DNA of 57,535 nucleotides from Candidatus Eiseniibacteriota bacterium (lineage in GTDB: Bacteria; Eisenbacteria; RBG-16-71-46). Location of the stretch: contig JBBRLX010000030.1 of assembly GCA_038231135.1 (NCBI GenBank), positions 1 through 57,535 of the forward strand. Direction: 5' to 3'. The stretch's first letter is position 1; every line of letters begins with the position of its first letter. A program made the translations under genes and the position numbers. The notes under the pieces are model-generated. The model was not told the origin of the DNA, searched no databases, and worked only from the letters and a program-made list of their open reading frames with translations. Positions 16,471-27,112 of the stretch are shown here, one piece after another.

Positions 16471-19400
16471 ATGCAACGGGCTGCCCGGCTGATTCTGAGG
16501 GCGGCCGCGCTGTTGGCGTGGGCGTCGGCGGTCGCGGCAGCACCCAACGGCCGGATCGCGCCGCCCATCGCAGCCACGAGCGCCCTGCCGGTCCGCTACG
16601 CCACCGATCGCATCGAGCTCCAGCTAAGGCCGGGGCCGGCCCGGGCTGCCCGAGCCATGCGGGCGGTCGAAGCGGCGCGACTGGGCCGTATCCCTGATTC
16701 CTACGCGTCGAGCGCCGCGCCGGATGTGCGGGTGTCACGTCTGGGTGTTGCCTCCGTCGATCGCGTGGTGGCGGCGCTGGGCGATGCGCACTACGAGCCG
16801 GAGTTCCGCGGCGAGACGCCGCCGGCCGAGGGTTCGGGCGTCACCGACTTCACGGCGTTCTATCGCGTGCGCTGGCCGCACGACGTGGCGGTCCAGGACC
16901 TGGTCGCGCAGTTGCGGTTGTTGAGCGAGGTCGCGAGCGCGGACCCGATCGCGCTGCTGCCGGTGTCGGTGTTGCCGAACGATTCGCTGTTCGCCGAGTC
17001 GTGGTGGTTCTACGACCCGCCGTCCCGGTTCGACGTCCATGGTCCCGAGGCCTGGGACCTCGTCACCGGGGATTCGGCGATCGTGGTGGGAGTGCTCGAC
17101 ACGGGTGTGCTGCCGTATCACCCGGACCTGGGCGGCACCGTGGTGGGACGGTCGGGCCAGATCTACACCAACGCCGTTGAAGCGGCGGGGCTGCCGGGCG
17201 TGGACGACGACGGCAATGGCTACGTCGACGACATCCACGGCTGGGACTTCGTCGACATTCCGCCCGACAACGTGCGCACGGGAGAGGACTACGCAGATCA
17301 GGATCCCGACCCCAACGATTTCGCGGGTCATGGCACAGCGGTGTCGGGCGTGGTGGGGGCGATTGCGAACAACGGCATCGGCGTCACGGGCACCGCGTGG
17401 AACGTGCGCATCATGCCGCTGCGCATCGGCTGGTCCGACACCAACGCGCCACTCGGCCTCGTCGACATGTCGTTCGTGGCGCAGGCGCTGCGCTACGCGA
17501 CGTTGATGCACGTGACCGTCGTCAATTGCTCGTTCGCCACGCTCGACCAGCACGGACTGTTCGCGGCGGCCGCCGCGGCGACGCGCGCGGGCGTCACGAT
17601 CGTGGCGGCGGCGGGCAACGGTGGCCAGCCGCACGAACTCGCGAGCCGCCCGGACGTCGTCGCGGTGGCCGCGACGGGGCGCGGCGATATCGTCGCCGGA
17701 TTCTCGAACCTGGGTCCCTACGTCGATCTCGCGGCGCCGGGCGACCAGATCTCCACCACGTTCGTGGAGGCGACGGGCGCCGATAGCATCGGGCTGCGCC
17801 AGCCGGCCTATACGCAGATCAGCGGCACGTCGTTCTCGTCTCCGATGGTCGCGGGGGCGGTGGCGCTGCTCCAGTCCCAGCAACTCGAGCGTCACCAGCG
17901 CCCGCTGATCGCGCAAGGGGTGAAACTGCGGCTGATGGAGACGACCGACGACATCTCGGCGATCAATCCCGGGGTCACGGGATACGGCGCGGGACGGCTC
18001 GACATGTTCCGCATGCTGAACGACCGGCCGACCTCGACCGCCACGCGATTCGACGCCAGTACGGTCGGCCCGCCGGTGGTGAGATCGGTGGAGGGGGGCG
18101 TCGACCAGGTGACCTACGTCACAGACCGCCCGCAGCTCGTGGTGCTCGGTGGCCAGAGTTCAGACACGGTCGCGATCGCGAGCCTGTCGGGCCGACCGGT
18201 GCGCCAGCTCGCGGGCGGTTTCGTGAAGCCGTCTCCCGGCGCGCCGCTCGGGGGCTACGGCCTGTTCACCGGCGCCGCGAACGGCACCCTGCTCGGGTTG
18301 AACGAACGCGGCGACGTCCTGCCGGGCTGGCCGGTCACGACGGGCGGCGTGTTCGCGCGGCCATCGGGAGGTCCCGCGCTCGGCGACCTCGACGGCGACG
18401 GCACGCTGGAAGTGGTGTGCGGCACCGAGGACGGCAAGGTGCACGCGTGGCATGCCGACGGCAGCGTGGTGCGGGGTTTCCCGGTGGTGGTGAGCCCGGC
18501 GGGGGTGAAGGCGCCGGTGGCGCTCGCGGATCTCGATGGTGACGGCGCGGTCGAAATCGTGGCGGCGTGCGCGGACGGTGAAGTGCACCTGCTGAAGGGC
18601 GACGGCAGCGAGGAGCCCGGCTGGCCGGTGTTCATCGATCCATCCCCGGTGGCGCCGGTGGTGACGCGCTTCAGCCGCGGCGCGCCCGCGGTGATCGTGC
18701 TCGCGGCCGGCAGCACGCTGCATGCGTACAACCGCTCGAGCCTCGAACGGTTCCAGACGCCGCTCACCGGCAACGTGATCCAGGACCCGGCGCTCGGCGA
18801 CTTCGACGGCGACGGCGTCGATGAAATCGTGCTCGCGCTCGATTCGGACCAGATCGCGGTGATCGATTCGACGGGCGCCGAGGTTGCGGGAACGCCGATC
18901 GAGATCACGGGCATCCCGGGGAGCCCGCCGCTCGTGGGCGGCTTGAGCCCCGGCGGCCGCGACGTGCTGGTCCTCGACGGCACCGATCTCGCGGCGTACG
19001 CGCTCGACGGTTCGCGGCACGGAGGATTCCCGAAGCCGGGCGGCGCGGGCCAGGCGCCCACGCTGCTCGACATCGACGGCGACGGCGCCACCGAGGTGCT
19101 GGCGGGCACCGGCACCGATTCGATCCTCTACGTGTACGACGCGGGGGACAGTTCGGCCAGGACGCCGGTGCGGGGCTGGAGCACGCCGCGCGGCGACTTC
19201 GCGCGCACCGGCAGCCGCGACATCGGCCCGCCGTCGCCGGTGCACGACCTGCACGCCACCGCGACGACCGACTCCACGCTGCGGTTCGAATGGACGGCAC
19301 CCGGCAACGAGGGCCCGGCGGTGTCGCCCGTCGTGTTCACGATCGCGATCGCTCCGGATACGCTGACGCCGGCCACGTTCGACACCGCGGCGACGCGCAC

Positions 19401-19845
19401 GATCTCCACGCTCGCGGGCGCCGGCGACCTGCTGTCGACCACGTTCGATCACCTCACGGCGAACACGCGCTACGTGGTGGCGCTCGTCACCACCGACGCG
19501 GCGGGCAACCGGTCGCGGCTGTCGAACTTCGCCGGGGCGTTCACATCGTTCGGCGGCCCGCTGGCGAACCGCCCGGGGCCGGGCCTCGTCGCGCGGTTCG
19601 CCCCGTCACGGCTGCCGGTCGAATGGTTCTGGCGCGCGCCCAACACCGGGACGTCCAAGCGCATCCAGTTGTTCGACGTGACCGGCCGGCGGCTGCGCAC
19701 GCTCGACGCGGGCAGCGGCACCGAGGGGATGGTGCAATGGAACGGCCGGGACGATGGTGGAGCATCGGTCCCGGCCGGTGTGTATTTTGCGCGCCTGATC
19801 AGCGGATCCCTCCACGTCCAGGCGCGCGTCGTGCTCATTCCCTGA
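16471..19845 (+). CDS. Secreted S8 subtilisin-like protease with FG-GAP repeats, FN3 and FlgD/T9SS-like CTD
   Basis: Triad VLDTG / HGTAVSG / SGTSFSSP. DLDGDG repeats. C-terminal FDVTGR..WNGRDDGG..PAGVYFARL. Start uncertain (16435 or 16471). Confidence 0.9.
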   Translation: MQRAARLILRAAALLAWASAVAAAPNGRIAPPIAATSALPVRYATDRIELQLRPGPARAARAMRAVEAARLGRIPDSYASSAAPDVRVSRLGVASVDRVVAALGDAHYEPEFRGETPPAEGSGVTDFTAFYRVRWPHDVAVQDLVAQLRLLSEVASADPIALLPVSVLPNDSLFAESWWFYDPPSRFDVHGPEAWDLVTGDSAIVVGVLDTGVLPYHPDLGGTVVGRSGQIYTNAVEAAGLPGVDDDGNGYVDDIHGWDFVDIPPDNVRTGEDYADQDPDPNDFAGHGTAVSGVVGAIANNGIGVTGTAWNVRIMPLRIGWSDTNAPLGLVDMSFVAQALRYATLMHVTVVNCSFATLDQHGLFAAAAAATRAGVTIVAAAGNGGQPHELASRPDVVAVAATGRGDIVAGFSNLGPYVDLAAPGDQISTTFVEATGADSIGLRQPAYTQISGTSFSSPMVAGAVALLQSQQLERHQRPLIAQGVKLRLMETTDDISAINPGVTGYGAGRLDMFRMLNDRPTSTATRFDASTVGPPVVRSVEGGVDQVTYVTDRPQLVVLGGQSSDTVAIASLSGRPVRQLAGGFVKPSPGAPLGGYGLFTGAANGTLLGLNERGDVLPGWPVTTGGVFARPSGGPALGDLDGDGTLEVVCGTEDGKVHAWHADGSVVRGFPVVVSPAGVKAPVALADLDGDGAVEIVAACADGEVHLLKGDGSEEPGWPVFIDPSPVAPVVTRFSRGAPAVIVLAAGSTLHAYNRSSLERFQTPLTGNVIQDPALGDFDGDGVDEIVLALDSDQIAVIDSTGAEVAGTPIEITGIPGSPPLVGGLSPGGRDVLVLDGTDLAAYALDGSRHGGFPKPGGAGQAPTLLDIDGDGATEVLAGTGTDSILYVYDAGDSSARTPVRGWSTPRGDFARTGSRDIGPPSPVHDLHATATTDSTLRFEWTAPGNEGPAVSPVVFTIAIAPDTLTPATFDTAATRTISTLAGAGDLLSTTFDHLTANTRYVVALVTTDAAGNRSRLSNFAGAFTSFGGPLANRPGPGLVARFAPSRLPVEWFWRAPNTGTSKRIQLFDVTGRRLRTLDAGSGTEGMVQWNGRDDGGASVPAGVYFARLISGSLHVQARVVLIP

Positions 19846-19859
19846 GCACGCGAATCGAA

Positions 19860-20315
19860 TTACTCGGTCGTGCCCTTGAATCCCGGGCGGCCCGGATTGC
19901 CGTTGTTGCCGCCGCCCGTCGCGATCACGGGCACCATGGTGCTGAACTCGCTCGAGTACGCGCTGAGGTTGCCGGAGGTATCGACGGCCCGCACGCGGAA
20001 GACTTCCGAGCCGGTCATCGTCAGGCGGAACGAATTCGTGGTGGACTGGCCGATCATCACGTACGCATTGTCGCGCGACGGATCGGGCTGGTACTGATAC
20101 ACCTGATAGCCGGCGAGATCGGAGGCCGTGCTCGGCGCCCACGTCAGGTCGTTGCCTTCGGGAGCGGTCATGAGGGCGACCGTTTCGGGGGCCGACGGCG
20201 GGGTCGAATCGAGGGTCTGCGAGACACCTGTGGGAGAAGCACTCTTGCCGCATCCGTACATGGAAACCAGAGCGACCGCGGCGAGAGTTGCGAGCATGAT
20301 GCGTGCGAGCTTCAC
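19860..20315 (-). CDS. Small lipoprotein with FN3-like domain
   Basis: GTG start with AGGAG RBS. Lipobox-like SMYG-C. DSTPPSAP..LTW..DLAGYQVY..FRVRAVDTSGNLS. Confidence 0.8.
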   Translation of the reverse strand: MKLARIMLATLAAVALVSMYGCGKSASPTGVSQTLDSTPPSAPETVALMTAPEGNDLTWAPSTASDLAGYQVYQYQPDPSRDNAYVMIGQSTTNSFRLTMTGSEVFRVRAVDTSGNLSAYSSEFSTMVPVIATGGGNNGNPGRPGFKGTTE

Positions 20316-20399
20316 AGCAGCGCCTCCTTGCGAGTATCGAATGATGCGGGGCCGGCAACGGCCGGGACCCGAGGGGGTATCAAGACGCCAGGCCTTCGC

Positions 20400-20415
20400 T
20401 GCAACGTCGGTGCCA
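20400..20415 (-). promoter_or_regulatory. Sigma-54 (-24/-12) promoter
   Basis: Minus strand reads TGGCAC-CGACG-TTGCA, a full match to TGGCAC-N5-TTGCA, ~85 bp upstream of the lipoprotein start. Confidence 0.75.
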
Positions 20416-20520
20416 GCCTTGGGAATTCGGGGGGATGACGATGCCGCATGGAGTTGGGGGTTTCGGCCCGGGCTCAGTCCCCGTGCAACGCGCGTGATGC
20501 GACCGCGGAGCACATGCGGG

Positions 20521-22638
20521 ATGCAACAGGCCGTGGGTGACCGCGCGCCGGCCGGGGCACGGGTGCACTCGGCGTTCGCGATGGCGCTGCTGGTGCTGCT
20601 GGCGTCGTGCGGCAGCGCGACGCCGCATCGAGCAGGCGCGGACGCCGCGACGTCGCGAGCGGCCGCCGATTCGGCGGCGCTGTCGGATTCGCTCCCGCCC
20701 GGGGCGGCCGCGGCGTTCCTGCCGCCGGTGCAGCACCTGCCGCTCGATCCGCCGCTCGTGGTCACCGACGACTTCGGCGAGCGGCGCGGCAACCACTTCC
20801 ATGCCGCACTCGATCTGTCGACCGGCCACCGGGTCGGCCGCGAGGTGTTCGCGCCGGGCGCCGGAGTCATCGAGCGCGTGCGCGCGTCGGGCGGCGGCTA
20901 TGGGCGGTCGATCTACCTGCACGCGGACGACGGACGCACCTACGTGTTCGGTCATCTCGACGCGTTCGACGAGCCGCTGGCAAGCTTCGTGGATTCGCTG
21001 CAGCGCGCAACCGGCGCCTATGAACAGGACGTGTCGCCGCCGCCGGGCCGGTTCCGCGTGACGGCCGGCGCGCGCATCGCCTGGAGCGGCGAGAGCGGCG
21101 TGGGACCGCCGCATCTGCACGTCGAGGTGCGGCTCGGCGACATGGCGATGAATCCGCTGCGCGCCGGTCTCGCGCAGCCCGACACGCGCGTCCCTGTGAT
21201 CCGCCGCGTGGTGATCGAGCCCGCCGACGAGCGGTCGTACGTCGAGCGCCGTCCGCTGCCGTTCGAGTGGCGGCCGGAGGGGAGCGCGCCGGCGCGCGTC
21301 CGCACCCGCACGCGGCGGCGACTCGCGAAGGCGCCCGCCGGAATTGCGCGCGACACGGTCGTCGTCGAGGGCCGGGTTCGCGTGCGGGTGGACGCGCAGG
21401 ATGGCTTCGAGGCGACGCGCTTCGGCATGGCGCCGTATTCGATTGCCGTGGAATTCGGCGACGCGCGGGTGGAGTCGCGCTACGACAGCCTGTCGTGGGC
21501 CACCGACATGCCCGACGTGGATCAGGTCTACGAGGGCGAGACCACGCGGCTGTGGGACCCGGCGTTCCGGCCGCGCGCGCTGCGCGTGCGGGGCCGGGCG
21601 GCCACGTTCGAGGTGCGCCCCGGTGACCCGCCGCGGCCGCTGCGCGTCACGGCGCGCGATGTCGCCGGCAACGCCACGGCGCGCGTGCTGTGGCTCGTGC
21701 CGCCCGCCGTCCCCGGACCCGACACGTCCGGGGCCGGGCCGCGGATCGCGGGCGCGTTCGGAGTGAGCTACGAGGTCGCGGGGCCGGGTTGCCTGCGCGT
21801 GATCGTGCGCGGCGCGCCGCGCGCGAGCCAGGGGGTGACCGTCGCGCTGCCGCCGCAGGTGGCGCCGGTCAACGCCACGTGCGCCGGCGATGCCTGGGTC
21901 GCCACGATCCGTGTCGAGCATGCTGTCGATGCGTCGCTGATCGTGCGCGGCCGCAATGGGTCCGGCGACTGGCAGCGCGAACAACCACTGCGTGCGATTC
22001 CCGCAAACGCGGGCGGCCCGGGCGTGTTCGAAGCGAACGGCTGGCATGTTGCGCCCGGCGCCGGCTACGACCCCATGGTCCTGGTGGTGGGGCGCACGAC
22101 TCCGCGGGCCGCGGCGGAGCTGCGACCCACGGGCGATGCGCTGTCGCTCGGGCCGGTGGCGATGCCGCTGCGCACGCCGTGGTCGATCACCACGCCAGCG
22201 CCGGCGGTGGTTCCGCCGCGACTCGGGCTCTATCAGTCGGAGGGTGGCGGCTGGGGCTTCGTGCGGGCGCGCCTCGACTCGGCGAAGGCATTCCATGCCG
22301 ACGTGCGGCATCTCGGGCAGTTCGCGCTGTTCGAGGATCTGCGCGCGCCCCGCATCGTGACGCGCCGGCCGCCGCGTCGCGCTCCCACGGCCGCCATGCC
22401 CTATTCGCGCTGGGCGCTCGAAGCGCGTGTACGCGACGGCGGCAGCGGCATCGACGTGGCCGCGTCGCGGTTCACGGTGGATGGCGCCGTGGTGCCGACG
22501 GAGTTCGATCCCGACGCGGGAGTGCTGCGGTGGCGGCCGCGCGTGCCGCCCGCGCGCGGCGCGCATGCCTACGAGGTGACCGCCACCGATCGCGCCGGGA
22601 ACGCGGCCCGGAGCACTGGACGGTTTGTGATAAATTGA
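20521..22638 (+). CDS. M23 family metallopeptidase, probable lipoprotein
   Basis: FGERRGNHFHAALD (HxxxD), GYGR, GPPHLHVE (HxH); LAS-C lipobox. Start uncertain. Confidence 0.82.
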   Translation: MQQAVGDRAPAGARVHSAFAMALLVLLASCGSATPHRAGADAATSRAAADSAALSDSLPPGAAAAFLPPVQHLPLDPPLVVTDDFGERRGNHFHAALDLSTGHRVGREVFAPGAGVIERVRASGGGYGRSIYLHADDGRTYVFGHLDAFDEPLASFVDSLQRATGAYEQDVSPPPGRFRVTAGARIAWSGESGVGPPHLHVEVRLGDMAMNPLRAGLAQPDTRVPVIRRVVIEPADERSYVERRPLPFEWRPEGSAPARVRTRTRRRLAKAPAGIARDTVVVEGRVRVRVDAQDGFEATRFGMAPYSIAVEFGDARVESRYDSLSWATDMPDVDQVYEGETTRLWDPAFRPRALRVRGRAATFEVRPGDPPRPLRVTARDVAGNATARVLWLVPPAVPGPDTSGAGPRIAGAFGVSYEVAGPGCLRVIVRGAPRASQGVTVALPPQVAPVNATCAGDAWVATIRVEHAVDASLIVRGRNGSGDWQREQPLRAIPANAGGPGVFEANGWHVAPGAGYDPMVLVVGRTTPRAAAELRPTGDALSLGPVAMPLRTPWSITTPAPAVVPPRLGLYQSEGGGWGFVRARLDSAKAFHADVRHLGQFALFEDLRAPRIVTRRPPRRAPTAAMPYSRWALEARVRDGGSGIDVAASRFTVDGAVVPTEFDPDAGVLRWRPRVPPARGAHAYEVTATDRAGNAARSTGRFVIN

Positions 22639-22678
22639 GCCGGACGCGGGTCCAATTCCCCTCTCGGCACAGGACGCC

Positions 22679-25600
22679 ATGCAACGCTCCGACTTCGTTC
22701 ACCTCCACAACCACAGCGACTACTCGCTGCTCGACGGCGCCAGCTCGATCCCCCGCATGGTCCAGCGCGCGGCCGAGCTCGGCATGCCCGCGCTCGCGCT
22801 CACCGACCACGGCTCGCTGTTCGGCGCGATCGAGTTCTACAACGCGGCCCGCAAGGCGGGCGTGAAGCCGCTGGTGGGGATGGAGGCCTACGTCACGCGC
22901 GGCCGCCGCCAGGACCGCACGCGGGACACGGCGCACCACCTGGTGCTGCTGGCGCGCGACGAAATCGGGTTCCGCAACCTGATGCGGCTGTCGTCGCTCG
23001 CGTACCTCGAGGGGTTCTACTACAAGCCGCGCGTCGACCACGAGATCCTGGCGAGCCACGCGCAGGGGCTGCTCGCGCTGTCGGCATGCCCGCAGGGCGA
23101 GATCGCCAGCGACCTGCTCGACGATCGCGACGAGTCGGCGCTCACGACGGCGATGAATTACCGCGACATGTTCGGCGCCGACAACTACTACCTCGAGATC
23201 CAGAATCACGGGCTCGACATCGAGGACAAGATCCGCGGCAAGGTGCTGGAGTTGTCGCGGCGCACCGGCATTCCAGTGGTGGCGACGAACGACTGCCATT
23301 ACCTGAACGCCGGCGACACCGATGCCCAGGACGTGCTGCTGTGCATCCAGACCGGCAAGACGATCACCGACACGCAGCGCATGCACGCCACCTCGAACCT
23401 GCATTTCCGCTCGGTTGCCGAGATGAAGGAGGTGTTCGCCGACACCCCCGACGCGATCGCGAACACGATCGCGGTGGCCGAGCGCTGCAACCTTCAATTG
23501 CAGTTCGGCAAGCCGCTGCTGCCGGAGTTCCCGCTGCCCGAGGGCCAGACCAGCGCCGAGGACTACCTGCGCGAGTTGTCGTGGGAGGGCTTGAAAAAGC
23601 GCTTCCCCGAGCCCGGTGACGAGGTGAAGCAGCGGCTGCTCTACGAGCTCGACGTGATCATCCGCATGGGGTTCGCATCCTACATGCTGATCGTCCGCGA
23701 CTTCATCGACCACGCGCGCAGCAAGGGCATCGGCGTGGGCCCGGGGCGTGGCTCGGTGGCCGGCTCGCTGGTGGCCTACTGCCTCGGCATCACGAAGGTG
23801 GACCCGCTCGAGCACTCGCTGTACTTCGAGCGGTTCCTGAACCCCGAGCGCGTGTCGATGCCCGACATCGACATCGACTTCGACGATCTGCGCCGCGGCG
23901 AGGTGATCGATTATGTGAAGGCCAAGTATGGCGACGAGAACGTCACGCAGATCATCACGTTCGGCACCATGGGCGCCAAGGGCGTGGTGCGCGACGTCGG
24001 CCGCGCGCTGGGGCTCGCGTACGCCGAAGTCGACAAGATCGCCAAGCTGGTGCCGGACGGCATCGGCATGACGCTCGAGCGCGCGCTCGAGCTGTCGCCG
24101 GATCTCAAGAACCTGCCGTCGCGCGGTCCGCTCTACCAGCGACTGCTGCACAGCGCCCAGGTGCTGGAGGGCCTCGCGCGCCACGCGTCGACCCACGCCG
24201 CCGGCGTGCTGATCACGCCGGGTCCGCTGCTCGACTACGTGCCGCTCTACCGCCAGAAGGACGAGTCGGTCACCACCCAGTGGGACATGAAGTCGGTCGA
24301 GAAGGCCGGGCTGCTGAAGATGGACTTCCTCGGCCTGCGCACGCTGTCGGTGCTCGACGAGTCCCGCCGCCTGATCCGCGACGCGCACGGCATCGATATC
24401 GACTACGACACGCTGCCCACGAACGACGCTGCGGCCTACCGGATCTTCCAGACCGCCGACACCGTGGCGATCTTTCAGTTCGAGTCGAGCGGCATGCGCG
24501 ACTACCTGAAGAAGCTGAAGCCGACGGTGTTCAACGACCTGACCGCCATGAACGCACTCTATCGGCCAGGTCCGATGGAGAACATCCCGTACTTCATCGA
24601 GTGCAAGCACGGCCGCAAGGCGGTGCAGTACGACCATCCGTCGCTCGAGCCGATCCTGAAGGATACGTACAGCGTGTTCGTCTATCAGGAGCAGGTGATG
24701 GCGGCCTCGAACGTCCTCGCGGGCTTCTCACTTGCGAAGGGCGACGAACTGCGGCGCGCGATGGGGAAGAAGAACGCCGAGGAGATGGCGGCGAAACGCG
24801 CCGAGTTCATCGAGGGAGCGAAGAAGAACAAGATACCTGAAGTTAAAGCTTCAAAGATCTTCGCAACTATGGAAAAATTCGCTAGTTACGGGTTTAATAA
24901 GTCACACAGCGCCGCCTACGCGCTGCTCGCCTACCAGTCCGCGTGGCTCAAGGCGCATCACCCGGCGGAGTTCATGGCGGCGACGCTCACGAGCGAACTC
25001 GCGGACGGCGCGCGGGTGGCGACGCTGATCGAGGAATGCCGGCGCATGAAGCTCGAGATCCTGCCTCCCGACGTGAACGCGTCGCAGTGGCGGTTCACGA
25101 TCGAGGACGGCCGGATCCGCTACGGACTGGGCGGCGTGCGCAACGTGGGGCAGGCGGCGGTCGAGACGGTCGTCGCCGCGCGCGACGCCGACGGCCGGTT
25201 CCGCGACCTGTTCGACCTGGCGAATCGCGCCGGGTCGCGGCTCAACAAGCGCGTGCTCGAGAGCCTGGTCGCCGCCGGCGCCTGCGACGCGTTCGGCAAC
25301 GAGCGCGGCGCGCTGTTCGCTGCGAGCGGCCGCGTGCTCGATCACGCGGCCACGCTGCAGCGCGAGCTCGCGAGCGGACAGTCGTCGCTGTTCGGCGACG
25401 CCACGGGCGGCGTGGCAGTGGTGGCGCCGCCGCTGCCGCCGGCGGATCCGTGGAGCGCCCGCGACCGCTCGTCCAGGGAGAAGGAGGCGCTGGGCTTCTA
25501 CCTGTCCGAGCATCCGCTGGTCCCGATGCGCGAGCAGCTCGCCGAAGTGGCGAGCCACACGATCGCCGATGCGCTCGGCGCGGAGGACGGCTCCGAGGTG

Positions 25601-26098
25601 CGGCTCGCCGGCATCGTGGGCGAGATGCGCAGCTACGCAACGCGCGCGGGCAAGGTGATGGCGACCATGGTGCTCGAGGATCTCACCGGCCGCATCGAGT
25701 GCACGCTGTTCCCGGACCTGTTCGAATCCGGGCGCGCCACGCTGGTCGCCGACGCGGTCCTCGTCGTGTCGGGGCGCATCGAAGTGCGCGACCTCGGCAC
25801 CAAGCTGCTGCTCGCCGAGCTAAGGCCGTTCGAGGAGGCGCGCGACACGTATCGCGCGGCGCTGCATATGGAGATGCGCGCGGAGGACCTGACGGTCGGC
25901 TGGCTCGAAGCCGTGGACGAGGTATTGTCGGCGCATCCGGGGAGCTGCGAGGTGTACCTGCACATCATCATGCCGGATCGCTCGCGCAACGCGAGCCGGT
26001 CGCGGCGCTATCGGGTGGTGCACGGCGACACGGTGCTCGCGGCACTCAAGGTACGGTTTCCCACGCTCAAGGCCCGCTGGGCCCGGGGGGTCGCGTGA
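22679..26098 (+). CDS. dnaE: DNA polymerase III alpha subunit
   Basis: FVHLHNHSDYSLLDG, GPGRGS, MPDIDID, KMDFLGL, GFNKSH, C-terminal OB fold. Confidence 0.99.
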   Translation: MQRSDFVHLHNHSDYSLLDGASSIPRMVQRAAELGMPALALTDHGSLFGAIEFYNAARKAGVKPLVGMEAYVTRGRRQDRTRDTAHHLVLLARDEIGFRNLMRLSSLAYLEGFYYKPRVDHEILASHAQGLLALSACPQGEIASDLLDDRDESALTTAMNYRDMFGADNYYLEIQNHGLDIEDKIRGKVLELSRRTGIPVVATNDCHYLNAGDTDAQDVLLCIQTGKTITDTQRMHATSNLHFRSVAEMKEVFADTPDAIANTIAVAERCNLQLQFGKPLLPEFPLPEGQTSAEDYLRELSWEGLKKRFPEPGDEVKQRLLYELDVIIRMGFASYMLIVRDFIDHARSKGIGVGPGRGSVAGSLVAYCLGITKVDPLEHSLYFERFLNPERVSMPDIDIDFDDLRRGEVIDYVKAKYGDENVTQIITFGTMGAKGVVRDVGRALGLAYAEVDKIAKLVPDGIGMTLERALELSPDLKNLPSRGPLYQRLLHSAQVLEGLARHASTHAAGVLITPGPLLDYVPLYRQKDESVTTQWDMKSVEKAGLLKMDFLGLRTLSVLDESRRLIRDAHGIDIDYDTLPTNDAAAYRIFQTADTVAIFQFESSGMRDYLKKLKPTVFNDLTAMNALYRPGPMENIPYFIECKHGRKAVQYDHPSLEPILKDTYSVFVYQEQVMAASNVLAGFSLAKGDELRRAMGKKNAEEMAAKRAEFIEGAKKNKIPEVKASKIFATMEKFASYGFNKSHSAAYALLAYQSAWLKAHHPAEFMAATLTSELADGARVATLIEECRRMKLEILPPDVNASQWRFTIEDGRIRYGLGGVRNVGQAAVETVVAARDADGRFRDLFDLANRAGSRLNKRVLESLVAAGACDAFGNERGALFAASGRVLDHAATLQRELASGQSSLFGDATGGVAVVAPPLPPADPWSARDRSSREKEALGFYLSEHPLVPMREQLAEVASHTIADALGAEDGSEVRLAGIVGEMRSYATRAGKVMATMVLEDLTGRIECTLFPDLFESGRATLVADAVLVVSGRIEVRDLGTKLLLAELRPFEEARDTYRAALHMEMRAEDLTVGWLEAVDEVLSAHPGSCEVYLHIIMPDRSRNASRSRRYRVVHGDTVLAALKVRFPTLKARWARGVA

Positions 26099-27063
26099 GC
26101 GTCTGGCTGGACTTCGAAAAACCGCTGGTCGAACTCGAGGATCGGATCCGCGAGCTGCGGACCCACGCCGCGGAGCGCGGGCTCGACTCGCGCGTGCAGC
26201 TCGACGAGATGGAGAAGCAGGCCGAGGCGATGCGCCGCGACATCTACGCGACGCTCACGCGCTTCCAGCGCGTCCAGCTCGCGCGGCACCCGCGCCGGCC
26301 GTTCTCGCTCGACTACATCGAGCACTGCTTCACCGGGTTCACGGAACTCCACGGCGACCGGTTTTTTGGCGAGGACCGGGCGATCGTCGCCGGCCTCGCG
26401 ATGCTCGACGAGCGTCCGGTGATGGTGATCGGCCAGCAGAAGGGCCGCGACACCCGCGAGAACCTGCTGCGGCGGTTCGGCATGCCGAACCCCGAGGGCT
26501 ATCGCAAGGCGTTGCGCCTGATGCAGCTCGCCGACCGGTTTCGCGTTCCGATCGTGACGCTGGTCGACACCCCGGGCGCCTACCCCGGGCTCGGCGCCGA
26601 GGAGCGGGGGCAGGCGGAGGCGATCGCGGTCAACCTGCTCGAGATGTCCCGGCTGGGCGTGCCCGTGGTGACGGTGGTGATCGGGGAGGGCGGCTCGGGG
26701 GGCGCGCTGGCCCTGGCCGTGTCCAACGTGGTGCTGATGCTCGAGAACTCGATCTACTCGGTGATCTCGCCCGAGGGCTGCGCCTCGATCCTGTGGCGTG
26801 ACGGCAAGAAGGCGCCCCAGGCGGCCGAGGCGCTGCGTCTCACGGCCAGGGACCTCCAGGGCCTCGGCGTCATCGACGGGATCCTCCCCGAGCCCGTCGG
26901 CGGGGCGCATCGGGACCCCGTGGAGACCGCCGCCACGCTGAAAGCCGAACTCGCACGGCACCTGGACCGCCTGAGCGGGGTATCTCCTGTGGATCTCGTG
27001 GACCAGCGCCTCGCCCGCTTCCGGCGGATGGGTGTGTTTCACGAGGCTGAACCCAGGGAGTAG
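26095..27063 (+). CDS. accA: Acetyl-CoA carboxylase carboxyltransferase alpha
   Basis: LDFEKPL, ARHPRRP, FGMPNPEGYRKA, IGEGGSGGAL, YSVISPEGCA. GTGA overlap with dnaE. Confidence 0.98.
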   Translation: MSVWLDFEKPLVELEDRIRELRTHAAERGLDSRVQLDEMEKQAEAMRRDIYATLTRFQRVQLARHPRRPFSLDYIEHCFTGFTELHGDRFFGEDRAIVAGLAMLDERPVMVIGQQKGRDTRENLLRRFGMPNPEGYRKALRLMQLADRFRVPIVTLVDTPGAYPGLGAEERGQAEAIAVNLLEMSRLGVPVVTVVIGEGGSGGALALAVSNVVLMLENSIYSVISPEGCASILWRDGKKAPQAAEALRLTARDLQGLGVIDGILPEPVGGAHRDPVETAATLKAELARHLDRLSGVSPVDLVDQRLARFRRMGVFHEAEPRE

Positions 27064-27112
27064 ACTTGCACCGCAATCCGCCCCTCTGGACGATCGCAAC
27101 CGCGAGGTACCG

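Noticed and set aside
22679..26098. Intein in dnaE
   Set aside because: Normal length, no splicing motifs, and the residue at the known insertion site is Gly rather than Cys/Ser/Thr.
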